Shown: positions 40,232 to 54,019 of the stretch, piece by piece | How positions within the stretch are numbered: position 1 is the stretch's first letter | Layout of the letters: each line of letters begins with the position of its first letter | Assembly: GCA_951406725.2 (NCBI GenBank) | Contig: OX597828.1 | Span: 58,218,001-58,282,000, forward strand | Length of the DNA: 64,000 nt | Direction of reading: 5' to 3' | DNA from: Octopus vulgaris | Taxonomy: Eukaryota | Position numbers and translations under genes: made by a program | The notes under the pieces: model-generated | Told to the model about the DNA's origin: nothing | Seen by the model: only the letters and a program-made list of their open reading frames with translations | The model's database searches: none

Positions 40232-40842
40232 GCACATATATACATACATACACACACACATACACACATATATAAAATTAATAATTATGAGTTTGAACTT
40301 ATCTCATTTTTGGTTTCCTTGTTTTCTCTCTCTCTCTCTCTCTCTCTCTCTACATGCATACATGTATGCATGCATATATACATACATGCATACGTAGGTA
40401 CATTCATGCATGCTTAAATACATACATACATAAATGCATGCATACTCAGTTATTCACAGCACATAAAACAAGGATATGTCCTTTTTTCTATCTTTTTCCC
40501 TCTCTCTCTACTCCACATGTGTCATGCATGGATTTGTCTGTATTTGTGTGTGTGTGTATGAGTATTTGTGTGTGTGTGTACACATATACACATACACTGA
40601 CATATCTAGCTGTGTCTGTCCCTCCATCCATCTCTCCTTCTCTCTCCCTCCTCTCTCTGTGTGTATATATATATATATATATATAGAAAGAGAAAGAGAG
40701 AGAGAGAGAGATACATAGATATTTATGTATCTGTGCATGCTTTCATGCATGTGTAGTAGTGTATATATACACACACACACACACTCACAAGTTTGTTTAT
40801 AAACTGGTTCCAAGCCCATCCTTGTGCTTCCCTTCTGCTTAT

Positions 40843-40886
<44 letters not shown>

Positions 40887-41495
40887 ATCTAGCAACAGAC
40901 CAAAAACAATCCTTTGGTCTAGAAGTAGACTTATCATATTGGTCACTTGTTTACCAACCATTTCACTCTGTGATAAGAATAGTTTTTGTTGTTGTATTTT
41001 TTGTAGCGCTTTCTCTCTTTGCATTCTGTTATCCTTACATATCCATTATTGTTAAACCAGTTGATCAGCGTGCTGGTGTAAACAGTTGTACAGTGTTCAC
41101 ATATAGGAGTTTGGCCGTGTGTCGATGTGGTAGTCTTTTGGCTAGTGTATTGGTATTGTTCACTGAACATCGTGTTAGTGTGTCTGTATGGTAAACACTT
41201 CAACTGGATCCCCAATTGGTTGAAGAAGCAACTAGTAAGTTCATATATTTTCTTCTTACTGAATTTCTCTTGACTTCAAGTTTTTATATTGACTTCTTTT
41301 GACAAAGTATCAACAGGTGTAGACAACAGGTGTGGTTGTGTAGTTAAAGAGTTTGCTTCCCAACCACATTGTTACAGGTTCAGTCCCACTATGTAGCACT
41401 TTAGGGCAAGTGTTTTCTACTATAGCCCCAGGCCAACCAAAGCCTTGTGAGTGGGTTTGGTACTAAAACAAGCCTGGTCATATATATATATATAT

Positions 41496-41681
41496 CGCCA
41501 TGATAGATCGCTAGCCACTACACATTCTTTATTTTCTCTCCTTGTTTCTTTCTTTGTTCCTTTCTGTGGAAGAGCGTAGGCTCGAAACGTTAAAGGTCTT
41601 TTCACTTCCCAAGCATTATACTAATACATCTGTTTGTTGTCTACACCACCTGTCTTCGTCTTTTGTTTTTCTGTGAATTCT

Positions 41682-41685
<4 letters not shown>
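41496..41685 (+). mobile_element. (TA)n-embedded pLTR/retrozyme unit with a hammerhead motif at 41559-41596; truncated second copy at about 41745-41790
   Basis: CCUUU-CUGUGGA-a-GAGC guag GCUC-GAAAC-GUU-AAAGG. Confidence 0.7.
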
Positions 41686-41744
<59 letters not shown>

Positions 41745-42772
41745 TTATTTTCTCTCCTTGTTTCTTTCCGTGTTCCTTTCTGTGGAATATATATATATAT
41801 ATATATATGTGCGTGTAATATAATATATTAAGATTCAGGTGAATAAGGCACTTAAATGGTAAGGCACCTGGTTGGGTCAAAGTTAAAATGCATACACAGC
41901 AACTATAGATGAATACAAACATTAATACCAAAGATATTCAGGTTATATACACAATGAATTGTTCCCAACTGACTATGTTTTCAGCCCTTGGGCTAATCCA
42001 GAAATGCACATTGTATTAAATATATATTCCACAATATACTTCAAACACATGAGGGGCAGGTTCCAAGAGAAGTGAATCATAAATAAATGAATAAATAACA
42101 AATGTTTGTTATTTATATATGTAGGTGCAGGAGTGGCTGAGTGGTGAGTAGCTTGCTTACGAACCACATGGTTCTGGGTTCAGTCCCACTGCATGGCACC
42201 TTGGACAAGTGTCTTCTACTATAGTCTCAGTGGATTTGGTTGACGGAAACTGAAAGAAGCTCTTTGTATATATATAAATGTGTGTGTGCTTGTGTCCCCC
42301 CGACCATTGCTTGACAGCTGATGTTGGTGTGTTTATGTCCCTGTAACTTAGCGACTTGGCAAAAGAGACCGATATAATAAGTACTAGGCTTGCAAAGAAT
42401 AAATCCTGGTGTTGATTTGTTCAACTAAAAGGCAGTGCTCCAGCATGGCCACAGCTAAATGACTAAAACCAGTAAAAGAATAAAAGTGTGTGTGTGTGTG
42501 TTTAATTGAAAAGGGGTTAAGAATTCTTACAAATCAAAGGTTATAGTTAAAAAGTAAAGGTAGAAACAGTATGAAGGTATTCTTCCACCAGTTTCAGTTA
42601 TTTTGACTGTGACCATGCTAGAGCAATGCCTTTAATCGAACAAATCGACCTCAGGAATTATTCTTTGTAAGCATAGTACTTATTCTATTAGTCTCTTTTG
42701 CTGAACTGCCAAGTTACGGGGACGTAAATACCACATGGTGGAGGACAAACATGGACACACACACATATCATA

Positions 42773-42818
<46 letters not shown>

Positions 42819-43352
42819 CATTTTTTTACATTTTCCTGGTACATCCATTTGCACAGACAGTTTCAAATCAGACTGGAGTTATTTATTAATGACATTTACT
42901 CTCTGTAATGAACTTTCTGTTTCTCACTCCTCCTTAACTCGCTACATACATTTGCATCTATACACACACGTGTATATATGTATACATACATATATACACA
43001 TGTGTGTATCGTTGGTGATTTTCTTTCTCCGTCTTCCCTTCTTTGGATCGTTCCTTTTTCTATGCTTCTGACGAAGAGCTCGAAACCTTAAGTCCTCCTT
43101 CTTTCTTTCCTTTCCTGAGTGTCCAACAACACTATACTTGTTCCACGTCTTCACGTTGCTGCGCTTTCTCTTTGTTCATGTTTGGATTAACTATGTATAC
43201 ATACATACATACACACATACAGACATGCACATACATACATACACACATACGTATGCATATGCATACATACACACATATGCATACGTGTGTGTGTCTGTTT
43301 CAGTCTATATTTCTTTGTCTCTCACTTGTTCTGACTGTCTGTCTCTTCCTCT

Positions 43353-43409
<57 letters not shown>

Positions 43410-44706
43410 TTTCTGCACAAGAACTAGGAGTGACAAAACTATTTACTCCAAAGGCATGTCTGTTATTTAAGCTATTCAATTCTATAGAAGCATTTGAATA
43501 TTTGGAGAGCAATCAGTCTTCAATCCAGTCTATTATCCTCACTCTGTTGTAAGTAAACATCAGTTAAAAGACTGGTGCAATGCCCTCCAGTGGTAATGTC
43601 TGTAATTATTAATAAATACGAATTGTGTGGGCTTATTCTTACGTCTTTGATGTTGCCCGTATAAGTGGAGAGCAAAATGAATAGCTGAAACGACACAGAT
43701 GCTCTTGCTCTCATTGGAAAAAAGAAAAAAAGCATGGAAGTATCACTGATACGGAGACTGGAACAAACAAAGAAGCTTCCTATAAATACATTTACAGTTT
43801 ATGAAACCAGGCGAAGATGCTGTGATACGGAAGACATCAATTTGAGTTGTTACCACCTCATTAAATACTCATTTAACTTGCATGGTTATAGTTGTTCAGC
43901 CCTAGGCCAGTCCTAATCAAGCAGATCCATGATCAAAGACACCCTAACTTTAACTAGTATGGTTATAGTTGTCGTTTAGCCCCAGGCCAGTCCTTAACGA
44001 GCAGACCTATGACCATAACCATCTTATCTTTGCTAACATAGTTATTTCAGACTATCTTACTCTATATATAACTTCTCTTTGTTAAAATAGCTAGCATGTG
44101 ATTTAAGAGAGATTTAGTTGCTATTTTCAGCAGGTCAAGTGACTCCATATAGACTTCCTCATTAATTTACAATTAGTCTGTTTGTGTAGCAAGGTGCCAC
44201 CTGCAATTATCAGTGCTGCTGTACAATTACCTGCTACTATTAGGATAAAAATGTCAAATAAGGAACAGGTCAGGAAGTTTGCATCCCAAACACATGGTTC
44301 CAGGTTCTCTCTCACTGCATGGCACCTTGGGCAAGTGTCATCTACTGGCACCTGTGCCGGTGGCATGTGTAAAAAGATTCGAGTGAGGTCATTCCCAGTA
44401 CCGTCTGACTGGCCCCCGTGCCGGTGGCACATAAAAAGCACCCACTACACTCTCAGAGTGGTTGGTGTTAGGAAGGGCATCCAGCTGTAGAATCTCTGCC
44501 AGATCAAGATTGGGGCCTCATGCAGCCATCTGGTTCGCCAGCACTCAGTCAAAACCGTCCAACCCATGCTAGCATGGAAAACGGACGTTAAGCGATGATG
44601 ATGATGATGATGATGAGGATGATGATGATGAGGATGATGATGATACCTCCAGGCCAACCCAAGTGGATTTGGGAGTCAGAACCTGAAAGAGACCCATTGT
44701 GTATAA

Positions 44707-44764
<58 letters not shown>

Positions 44765-44782
44765 TGTGTGTGTGTTAGTGTT

Positions 44783-44829
<47 letters not shown>

Positions 44830-44858
44830 GTGTTTGTGTTTGTGTGTGTGTGTGTGTG

Positions 44859-44903
<45 letters not shown>
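44707..44903. repeat. (TG)n microsatellite
   Basis: Direct reading. Confidence 0.95.
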
Positions 44904-44904
<1 letters not shown>

Positions 44905-45708
44905 TATCATACAGGTGAGGGTTGGTTATTGGAAGGGCATCGCGAAGTAGAAAATCAACCTTGCCCCTGAAAGAAATTCTGTCTGATCCATGCAAGTATG
45001 GAAAAGAGGATGTTAAAAGGATAATGAGGAGGATGACGATGAGGATGACGACGAGGAAGGGAGAAATTAGAAGCCGTTGAAGCTGAACGACATCTAAGTC
45101 TCAGAGTTTGTAAGAGTGGCTTCATCAGAGTAAGACGTAATGAGCATGAATTTTGATAACCAGTGAGTGCATGTTTATGCAGGATTGGTGTTTAGTTATA
45201 GGTGAGCGTGTATGCATGTGCACAGGTCTGTGTGAACATGTGGAAAGCAGCACATGTATGTGTATTCAGGTATCTGAACATCTGTAGATATATATAAATT
45301 ATACACCCCACCACCCAGCCACACATTGCCAAAATACTTGTCTGGTTCGTTAGTGACTAAAATGGTAAGCACAAGACTGAAATACCTTCAGGTATTTAGC
45401 TTTGAATTCTCTACAGCCTGAGGTAAGCAAATTAATTACTAAGCTTGTGATAGGTCAATTCAATTTGGCCTTGTGTCGCTTTTAGAGATCAATATTACTA
45501 ATGTATAATTAGTTAAAATGGCTTTATATAATCAGGGCAACAACAAGTGCAGGCGAGCTGTGTAGATAAGAGGTTTGCTTCACAATGAACTAGTTCTGAG
45601 TTCACTCCCACTGCACTGCATCTAGGGCAAGTATCTATTACTATAATACCAGACTAGCTTGTAAGGGAATTTGGTAGATGGAAGCTGTGTGTAGAAGCCT
45701 GTTCTGTG

Positions 45709-45739
<31 letters not shown>

Positions 45740-45743
<4 letters not shown>

Positions 45744-45900
45744 AGAGTTTACGAAAAAAACAAAAGACGAAGACAGGTGGTGTATAAAACAAACAGATGT
45801 ATTAGTATAACGCTCAGGAATAGAAAAAGTCTTTTACGTTTCGAGCCTACGCTCTTCTACAGAAAGGGACACAGAAAAAAAAAACAAGGAGAGAAAAAAA
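45740..45900 (-). mobile_element. (TA)n-embedded pLTR/retrozyme unit with a hammerhead motif at 45831-45866
   Basis: Minus strand: CUUU-CUGUAGA-a-GAGC guag GCUC-GAAAC-GUA-AAAG. Confidence 0.7.
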
Positions 45901-45902
45901 GG

Positions 45903-45936
<34 letters not shown>

Positions 45937-46315
45937 ATATACACATATATATATATCGTCATCATCATTTAATGTCCATATTCCATGCTGGCATGGGTTG
46001 GACAGTTTCACAAGAGCTGGCCAACTGAAGGGCTATCTGGACTCCATGTCTGTTTTGACATGGTTAAAACAGTTGGATGTTCTTCCTAACGCCAACCACT
46101 TTACAGAGTGTACTGGATGTGTTTGTGTGGCACTGGCATAAGTGCTTTTTATGTGGCATTGGCACCTATGAGCCTGCAAGATTAGGAATGCCCAGCTAAA
46201 GAGGAATGTAGGGGACACGTTGGTATGCAAGGACAACCACAATTTTACTTACCTTGACATGTCTCCTCAAGCACAGTAAACTGCCATAATATATTAAATA
46301 TACATATATACATAC

Positions 46316-46358
<43 letters not shown>

Positions 46359-46702
46359 AATTTAATTAGAGGATGTGTAAACCTCATGAAGGTGGTGGGG
46401 TGGGAGAAATTGGGTGAAAATAGTGGCAGCAGCCATTAAGTTGCTGACAAAATGGATGAATTGTTGAGGTTGCCAAGGAAAACTGTTGCATTAAATATTT
46501 AGGAGAGACATAGAAGTGGTCAATAATTCTGCTTTGACTTTGTTGATATTTTGTATGTCATATCTATTATAGCTAGCACACAAATGATCAAATGTTCACA
46601 TGCTGAAGTTTTATATTGAAAAGGAAGCCAGAGGCTGGAAGCTGGGGGGGGGGGGTAAGACAGTGAAGGCAGTCAGAGAGTTAATAAGAAACAAAAAGCT
46701 TG

Positions 46703-47119
46703 GGATCTTTTTGGTTTGAACGTCAGTTTTTTCTAGCGGTGTCATATGAAATTATCACCCATAATTATGACCCTAGTATCAATCTATTGCATTTCAATCT
46801 GTTTTAGAGTTAAGGTTAGGGGTGGTGAGGGTAACTTTTTTTCTTCAGAAATGTAAATAAACCCAATCTGTTTCTTAAACGAGGGACATATTCATATGGC
46901 ACAGAATATTTTCATCTCAATAGAAGTCATTGATTGGTTAAAATTGCAGAAATTGAAGAAGAAAAAAACAACAAATATCTTACGAACTATAGAATTTTCT
47001 TAATAAAGCCAAGAGAAAAAGATGTTTTATAAACACATTCTACCAATATACGAAGTTTAAAAGTGTTTAGTTACGTGGAAATGATTTAAAAAAAACTGCC
47101 GTTCAAACCGAAAAGATCC
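46703..47119. mobile_element. MITE with about 30-bp GG-ended TIRs and 8-bp TSD (Merlin-like)
   Basis: GGATCTTTTTGGTTTGAACGTCAGTTTTTT and AAAAAACTGCCGTTCAAACCGAAAAGATCC. TSD AAAGCTTG at 46695-46702 and 47120-47127. Confidence 0.85.
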
Positions 47120-48430
47120 AAAGCTTGCTTAGACATCGCCATTACTTAGCAGTTCGGCAAAAAGATACTTTCTCTTTTACTTGCTCCAGTCATTAGACTG
47201 CGGCCATGCTGGGGCACTGCCTTGAAGAATTTTTAATCAAATGAATCAACCCCAGTACTTATTTTTTAAACCTAGTACTTATTCTATTAGTCTCTATAGC
47301 TGAACTGCTAAGTTATGAGGATATAAACACATCAATGCCAGTTGTCTAGCAGTTGTGGGGGACAAATAAAGACACAAACACATACACACACATGACAGGC
47401 TTCTTTCAGTTTCCGTCTATCAAATCCACTCACAAGGCTTTGGTTGGCCTGAAGCTATAGTAGAAGACACTTGCCAAAAGTGCCACACACTGGGACTGAA
47501 CCTGGAATCATGTGACTGGGAAGGAAGCTTGTTACCATACAGTCATGCCTGCACTTATATATATATATATCATACATGCATATGCACACACACACACACA
47601 CACACGCATATATATGCGCTCACACATATTCTCATGTATTTCCCACTTTCCTCCTCCCACGATCCCATGGGTCGGACTGTTTGTTCTGATCTTAAGTTAG
47701 TTCTTACTCAGAGTTGCTGTCCTTCGAGACCGGTTGCAAAAACCATGTCTTGTACTATTTTTGCTTTGGATTTTATGTCTAGATGCCCTTTGTAAATAGC
47801 AACCACTTCACAGAGAGTTCTGAGGGCATTTTAAAAATAAACCTAGCAATAGAAAGGTTGCAATATGTGTGCAGGTCTAAAAATTCCTATCAGCCCCATG
47901 TTTTACGTATGTATAGAAGTGTGTGTGAGTAAGTAAAGTTTTATTCTTGAGTCATAAAAAAGAACAAATATAAAGGTTCCTTTATTCCTAATTCTAGTGT
48001 CGTAAAGAGTTAATTAGTTCACTATTCGTTATTAGATGAACCTTATTGACCCCAGGTCGAGATGATGGGAGTTAAACAGGATTTGTGAGATTGATGCTAA
48101 TCTGAAGGAATTAGTGGTGTCAGTGATGATGAATTTAAGCTGCGTCAAAGGTTTAAACATGCTTTTCATCATTTAATAAATAAATGAATGAAATATAAAG
48201 AAAAAAAGCAAAACAGGATTTATTGGGATGCATTTTGGGCTATGTATATGCATGGTTGTGTGGTAAGAAGTTTGCTTCCCAACCACATGGTTCCAGGTTC
48301 AGTCCCACTGCTTGGCACTTTGGGCAAGTTTCCTCATCTATAGCTCAGGTCAACCAAAGCCTTGAGAGTGGATTTGGTTGACAGAAACTGAAAGAAACCC
48401 ATTGTGTGTGTGCATATATATATATATATG

Positions 48431-48484
<54 letters not shown>

Positions 48485-48776
48485 CACATATACATACATA
48501 TATATACATGTATGTATGTATGTATGTGTGTGTCTTTGTGTATGTGTTTGTCCCCAACCACCACTTGACAACTGGTGTTGGTGTGTTTATATCCCCATAA
48601 CTTAGCAGTTCAGCAAAAGAACCAATAGAATAAGTACCAGGCTTTACAACAATAAAAAAAATAACAAGTCCTGTGGTTGATAAGTTCAACTAAAATTCTT
48701 CAAGATGATGCCCCAGCATGGCCGCAGTATATTGACTGAACCAAATAAAAGATGGAAGATTAAGATTACTTTAGAC

Positions 48777-49530
48777 AAATGGTTCTCAACTGGGGTCCGT
48801 ATGGTCATATGGCCCCTGAGGGTCCATATAAGATTTTTAGGAGTCTACGCTACAAAATAGTAAATTGAGGATCCACAATAGTATTTTAAGGGTCCCTGGA
48901 AAAATTTTGTAATCATAAATTTGTAGAACTAGGATTAATTTAGACCTTAATAATGGAAGGCTGTAGACTGGTGACTGATGACGGTACCGCCTGATTGGCA
49001 CTCATGCCAGTGGAACGTTAAAAGCACCATTCGAGCGTGATTGTTGCCAATATCGCTTTACCGGCACGTGCTGGTGGCATGTGGAAAACAACATTCGAGC
49101 ATGGTCGTTGCCAGAACCACCTGACTGGCTTCTGTGCTTGTGGCACGTAGAAAGCATCCACTACACTCTTGGAGTGGTTGGCATTAGGAAGGGCATCCAG
49201 CTGTAGAAACTTTGCCAGATCAGATTGGAGCCTGGTGCAGCCTTCTGGTTTGCCAGTCCTCAGTCAAACTGTCCAACCCATGCCAGAATGGAAAGTGGAT
49301 GTAAAACAATGATGATGATGTATGTATTGGTATGCATTGCAAAAAACAACTAGGTTTTTTCTCTCTAACATTATACATAGTTCAACCTACACAAGTTGAT
49401 GTGCAAGAAACAAAATAGGAAATTTTGAAAGAAGTATCTGTAAAACTAGCTTTTATTCTGGTCCACTAGAATAAAATAGTTATCAAAGGGGTTCATAGAT
49501 AAAAAAAAAAAAAATGGTTGAAAACCCCTG
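48777..49530. mobile_element. hAT (Charlie-like) MITE with nested family C retroposon (about 48980-49320)
   Basis: AAATGGTTCTCAAC and GTTGAAAACCCCTG ends. Imperfect TSD CTTTAGAC / TTTTAGAA. Confidence 0.7.
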
Positions 49531-50231
49531 TTTTAGAAGACACTTTTCTGATGCTGGTGCAAAAGTATTAGTGGTGTTAGTGGATAAAACTGAGTCAGAG
49601 ATTTAAATATGCTTGTCACTATTTTAATAATTAAATGAAATATAAATATAAATATAAAGAAAAGCAAGGTTTATATCTGCAATGGCGTTTTGAGCTAAGT
49701 ATGCATCACTTTAGATCCATTTCAAGATCAATGCAACACTCTAAGCTACTTATTAAAATAGTAAAGCTTTCAGATTAATTGTTAGAGAAAATATTTGGTT
49801 GAATTTTCACTTGTTTCCTCTGTAGTTTAGGATTAATTCTAATGTATGTAATCCCTTGTTAGTTTTTAATTATCGTCCAAACATTTGCTTTCTGGAATGG
49901 CACATGCACACCCACCTCTCTACTTGTAAGTTTCAACTTTAAATAGGATTTACACCTGTGTAAGCGAAGCCTTTTGATTACTTAAACTATGCTGCCTTTA
50001 TGAATTACACTCTGATTACACTTGTCTGAGGATTTATATCAATGTTAATGTAATTATTCCAGTTTTCGTTTGCTGTTACAGAAAGTTCTGCCAAGGAATC
50101 AGCAACGCTTTAGCACAGTCCTTACAGGGAAGGCATGAATTTATACAGTTTGTTTTTTGTGGGGTTTTGTGGGGTCAGGCTGTGGACTTCTAGAAATACT
50201 AAAACACAATACATTATATTCTAAGTATACT

Positions 50232-50464
50232 TATTTCTTTACTACCCACAAGGGGCTAAACACAGAGAGGACAAACAAGGACAGACAAACGGATTACGTC
50301 GATTATATCGACCCCAATGCATAACTTGTACTTGATTTATCGACCCCGAAAGGATGAAAGGCAAAGTCGACCTCAGCAGAATTTGAACTCAGAACGTAAC
50401 GGCAGACGAAATACTGCAAAGCATTTCGCCCGGCTTGCTAACGTTTCTGCCAGCTCTTCCGCCT
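50232..50464 (-). mobile_element. SINE family B with 18-bp target site duplication
   Basis: TTATATTCTAAGTATACT at 50214-50231 and 50465-50482. Confidence 0.9.
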
Positions 50465-52289
50465 TTATATTCTAAGTATACTGTTGAAATAAAATACTGA
50501 GATGAATCATTAACCCTTTAGCATTTAAACTGGTCATATCCAGCCCAAATATTCTACTTTTTTTATGTTCAAAATGGCCAGATCTGGCCTCTCGCACCTA
50601 CACTACAATGTCATTTGAAAAATAAACAATCACATCATCAAAATCTCAAAGCTATGAGATAATGCATGATTAATTCAGAATAGTATGAATAAGCATTACT
50701 TTTAACAGCATAACCTGAACACTGAATGGTTATGGTGCTTCTATGTGGCTTCTTGACCTACTAGAAATAGCAAGTGATTTCTTTGAAATCATGTTCTACC
50801 ATTTTAAAAAAGACACTGGATAATGCAATCTGGAGTGTATTATGTGCTATGAAAGACAATATGGTGAATTCTTTTGATCATAGGTCTGCTTGGTCACAAC
50901 TGGTAAAAGAGTAAAAGATAGGTCTGCTAGGTCACAACTGGTTTGGTTTGCCTCTTACGTTGTTGATTGATGGTACCCCATATTATTGGTTACCAATTCA
51001 GGTAAAATGGTCAGCTGGAAAATATTAAATATTTTTCTTTCTTTATCTTTATAGATATTTTGACTGTGCAACTTAGTTTCTGTTATAGTTTATACATATA
51101 AATCTCTGTCTTCTAGTTTTTGTAAACCAAACCATCCATCTTTGAAGGTTACAAATTTTCTTGTCTTTTCCCTCGTTGTCTGTTGAAGCATTTTCATTTT
51201 GATTCTTCAATTCCATATGGAAATTAAATATAAAAATTAGAGCAGTTCAACTCCAGAGTAGGATGTCACCCCGTCAATCAAAATTGAACAACATTCAGTT
51301 CCTTGGCTTGTGGTATGGATTGAACCTGAAAGTTGTAATGTAGGACCTTTACTTCACAGCTATCATAAGAACACCACACTCTATGCAAAGAAAGTATTAA
51401 TCATTCTCTCTCTCTCTCTCACTCTTTAATATTTGATATGGACTTTTAATAATAGTGTTCTAGTTTATCTATAGAAAATAAAAATCACTATGGTTTTTCC
51501 AATTAAGTAGAAACAAAAAGAAAATTTCTCGTTATCAGGTTGTGTAGTTTTCCACTACCAGTTCAGCTCATGAAACTGATGATAAACAAACAAACAAACA
51601 ACATTATTATGGAAAGTCGATAAATGTAGAATCGTTAGCTATTTTTGTCTTGTCCATTGATCCATTGCGTTTCCTGACGGATGATAACATAAGTCTAACA
51701 GGATTATCCCCGACAAGTATTTTAGATTAATATCTTGGGTTAAATACAGTTTTACAAGACTCAGCAAATTAAGATGTCATTTTACTGATATTTTATCAGT
51801 AGTCATGAAAACTTTGCTGATGGGAGATATTATTAAATTGCTATAAGTATCTTTTAAGTAGATGTTAACCTAACTAAGATCTCAAGGATGATGTTTTGTA
51901 GCTGGCATTAAATGGAGGCGTATTGCATATCAATTTTTTTCCTGTCAGATTAATGGAACTTATTCCCTTCAGGGCTCAGGTTAGATTTGTTCCAGTTTTA
52001 CCAAGCAAATACCATTCATGATGAGTATCACTTATTCTTGGAGCTTTTTTGTTGTTGTATGTCAAATTTATGACATTTAAACATTTCTTGTAAGGTAATG
52101 GAGAAGGTGTGGTTACGAAATCATATGTATGCATGTGTGTCTATAAGTAAGTGTTTCACATGCGGTTTTTTTTTTCTGTAATGGTATTGACAAATATCAA
52201 TATTTAAATATAAGTATTTTACAAACCAAAGCTTTGTAAGTGGGTTTTAGTTGATAGAAACTTAAAGAAACCGTTCATAAATATAAATA

Positions 52290-52995
52290 AATATTGTTGG
52301 CAGATGACAGTTGTCTGCTGTGGATGCTGGAGCTGCCAGATCACATGATTTCGATGTACTGTGTCTCTTCAGTGACAGCTGCCTGCTCACCACATGTGGG
52401 ATTTGGTTAGTATGCAGTGATTGGGTAACTGTCACTGAAAAGACTCAGTAGATTGAAATCCGTGATCTGGCAGTTCTGGTGCTTATAGCAGACAACTCTT
52501 GTCTGCCAACAATATAAATATGTGTGCTTCTATGCACCATGCATGAGAAGAACTCTCAAGTCAAATACCACAGTATTCAGTATTCTAACAAAACGTCCAC
52601 TTTAAATTGGATACAAGGTTTGCCTTTTGCTATAATTACTGCTTCTGTTGCTAATAAAACATTTTTTTAATAAACCCACTGGCTATTTGTGACATCAGTG
52701 CTTGGAAAGTCACTGTACTTCTATATATCATTGGCAGTGAGATTTAACTGGTATGCAGCAAATGGAAGTCTGTTACTGAAGAGACACAATATGTTGAAAT
52801 CATGTGATGTAGCAGTTTTGGCACCCAAAGCAGACTATTCTCATTCGCCAATGATATGAAGATGTGTGCTTTTATGCCTTATATGAGCATATGAGAGGAA
52901 CTCTCAAGGCAAATACTGCAATATTCAGCATTCCTGCAGAACATTTACATGAAGTTGAATATGAATATTGCCTATTGCTTCTGTTGCTAATAATA
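52290..52995 (+). mobile_element. Retrozyme/Penelope-pLTR-like array: one inverted plus two direct units (period 341 bp), each with a hammerhead
   Basis: 52290-52385 is inverted relative to about 52425-52515. About 52395-52655 is directly repeated at about 52736-52995. Confidence 0.75.
52332..52379 (-). ncRNA. Type I hammerhead ribozyme
   Basis: GCUGUCA-CUGAAGA-GAC acaguac AUC-GAAA-UCAUGUGA-UC-UGGCAGC: 7-bp stem I, canonical core, near-palindromic stem III, AUC cleavage triplet. Confidence 0.75.
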
Positions 52996-53498
52996 CTGTG
53001 TAACCCGAATTTTGTCCTTGTGTAGCAACTGTTATTTCTTATTTGTTTATCCCTAGAAAGTATGAGAAATGGCTAACATTTCCTTCAAACTTTGCTTTTG
53101 TTACATTTCTTCAAACCCCAAGGAATCTCTCTCAGCACATTGCTATGATGCTCTCCGTCTACTCCTTCTCATGATCAGAGATGCACATACTCTCACCCAC
53201 TAAGGGACATGCTCAAGTGGTTATGGTCAAGCAACTGACAAGGAAATCTGTGGTATTGAGCAGAATATTTGCTATAATGATATTTCTGCTTCAGCAATTC
53301 AGCACTTAGTCTGTCTGAAATGTAATGGAAAATGGGTTAGTTTCAAGACATTGATGTCCAGATAAGAAAAGCAAAATTTGAAGAGAATTGTAGTCATTTC
53401 CTTTGATTTCTAAATAGAGGCAAATAGGAAATAACACTTACTGACCAAAGACAGTAAAAAAAAAACAACTTTTGTTACACAGTGTTATTATATGTGTA

Positions 53499-53589
<91 letters not shown>

Positions 53590-54019
53590 CTTACGTAATG
53601 CTGTTCTCCCCTTCATTAATATCAATCACACTCACTTCTACCACTACATTTCGTCAGACTAATTCACTTTGCACTCTTCTCATTTTATCATATAATTCAC
53701 CCAACAAAATTGTCTGCTGCTGCTCTCACCTGGAGATCACAGCAGCTTGAAACTCAAGTAACAAGATGAATATGGGTTTGAACTTTTGTTACTACATTTC
53801 AGTTAATTTTGAAAATGAAGAATTTACTAAAATAACTTTCTCATTATTAAGTTGGTGTTCAAAAAATAAGCTAACATGAAATTTTCATTGAAATTTTAAA
53901 TCTAGATCATTTTAAAACAGAATGTTTGTATCATAAAACCAGGGGCAATCTCAGGTGGGGTAATGGATATTCCACAAAGGAGTAATAGATATCCTGCCAC
54001 AAAAATCACAGATCCTACA

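Noticed and set aside
50081-50131. Possible 51-nt in-frame cassette exon after a good TTACAG acceptor
   Set aside because: Would need a weak GC donor, and the peptide has no recognisable similarity. No support without RNA data.
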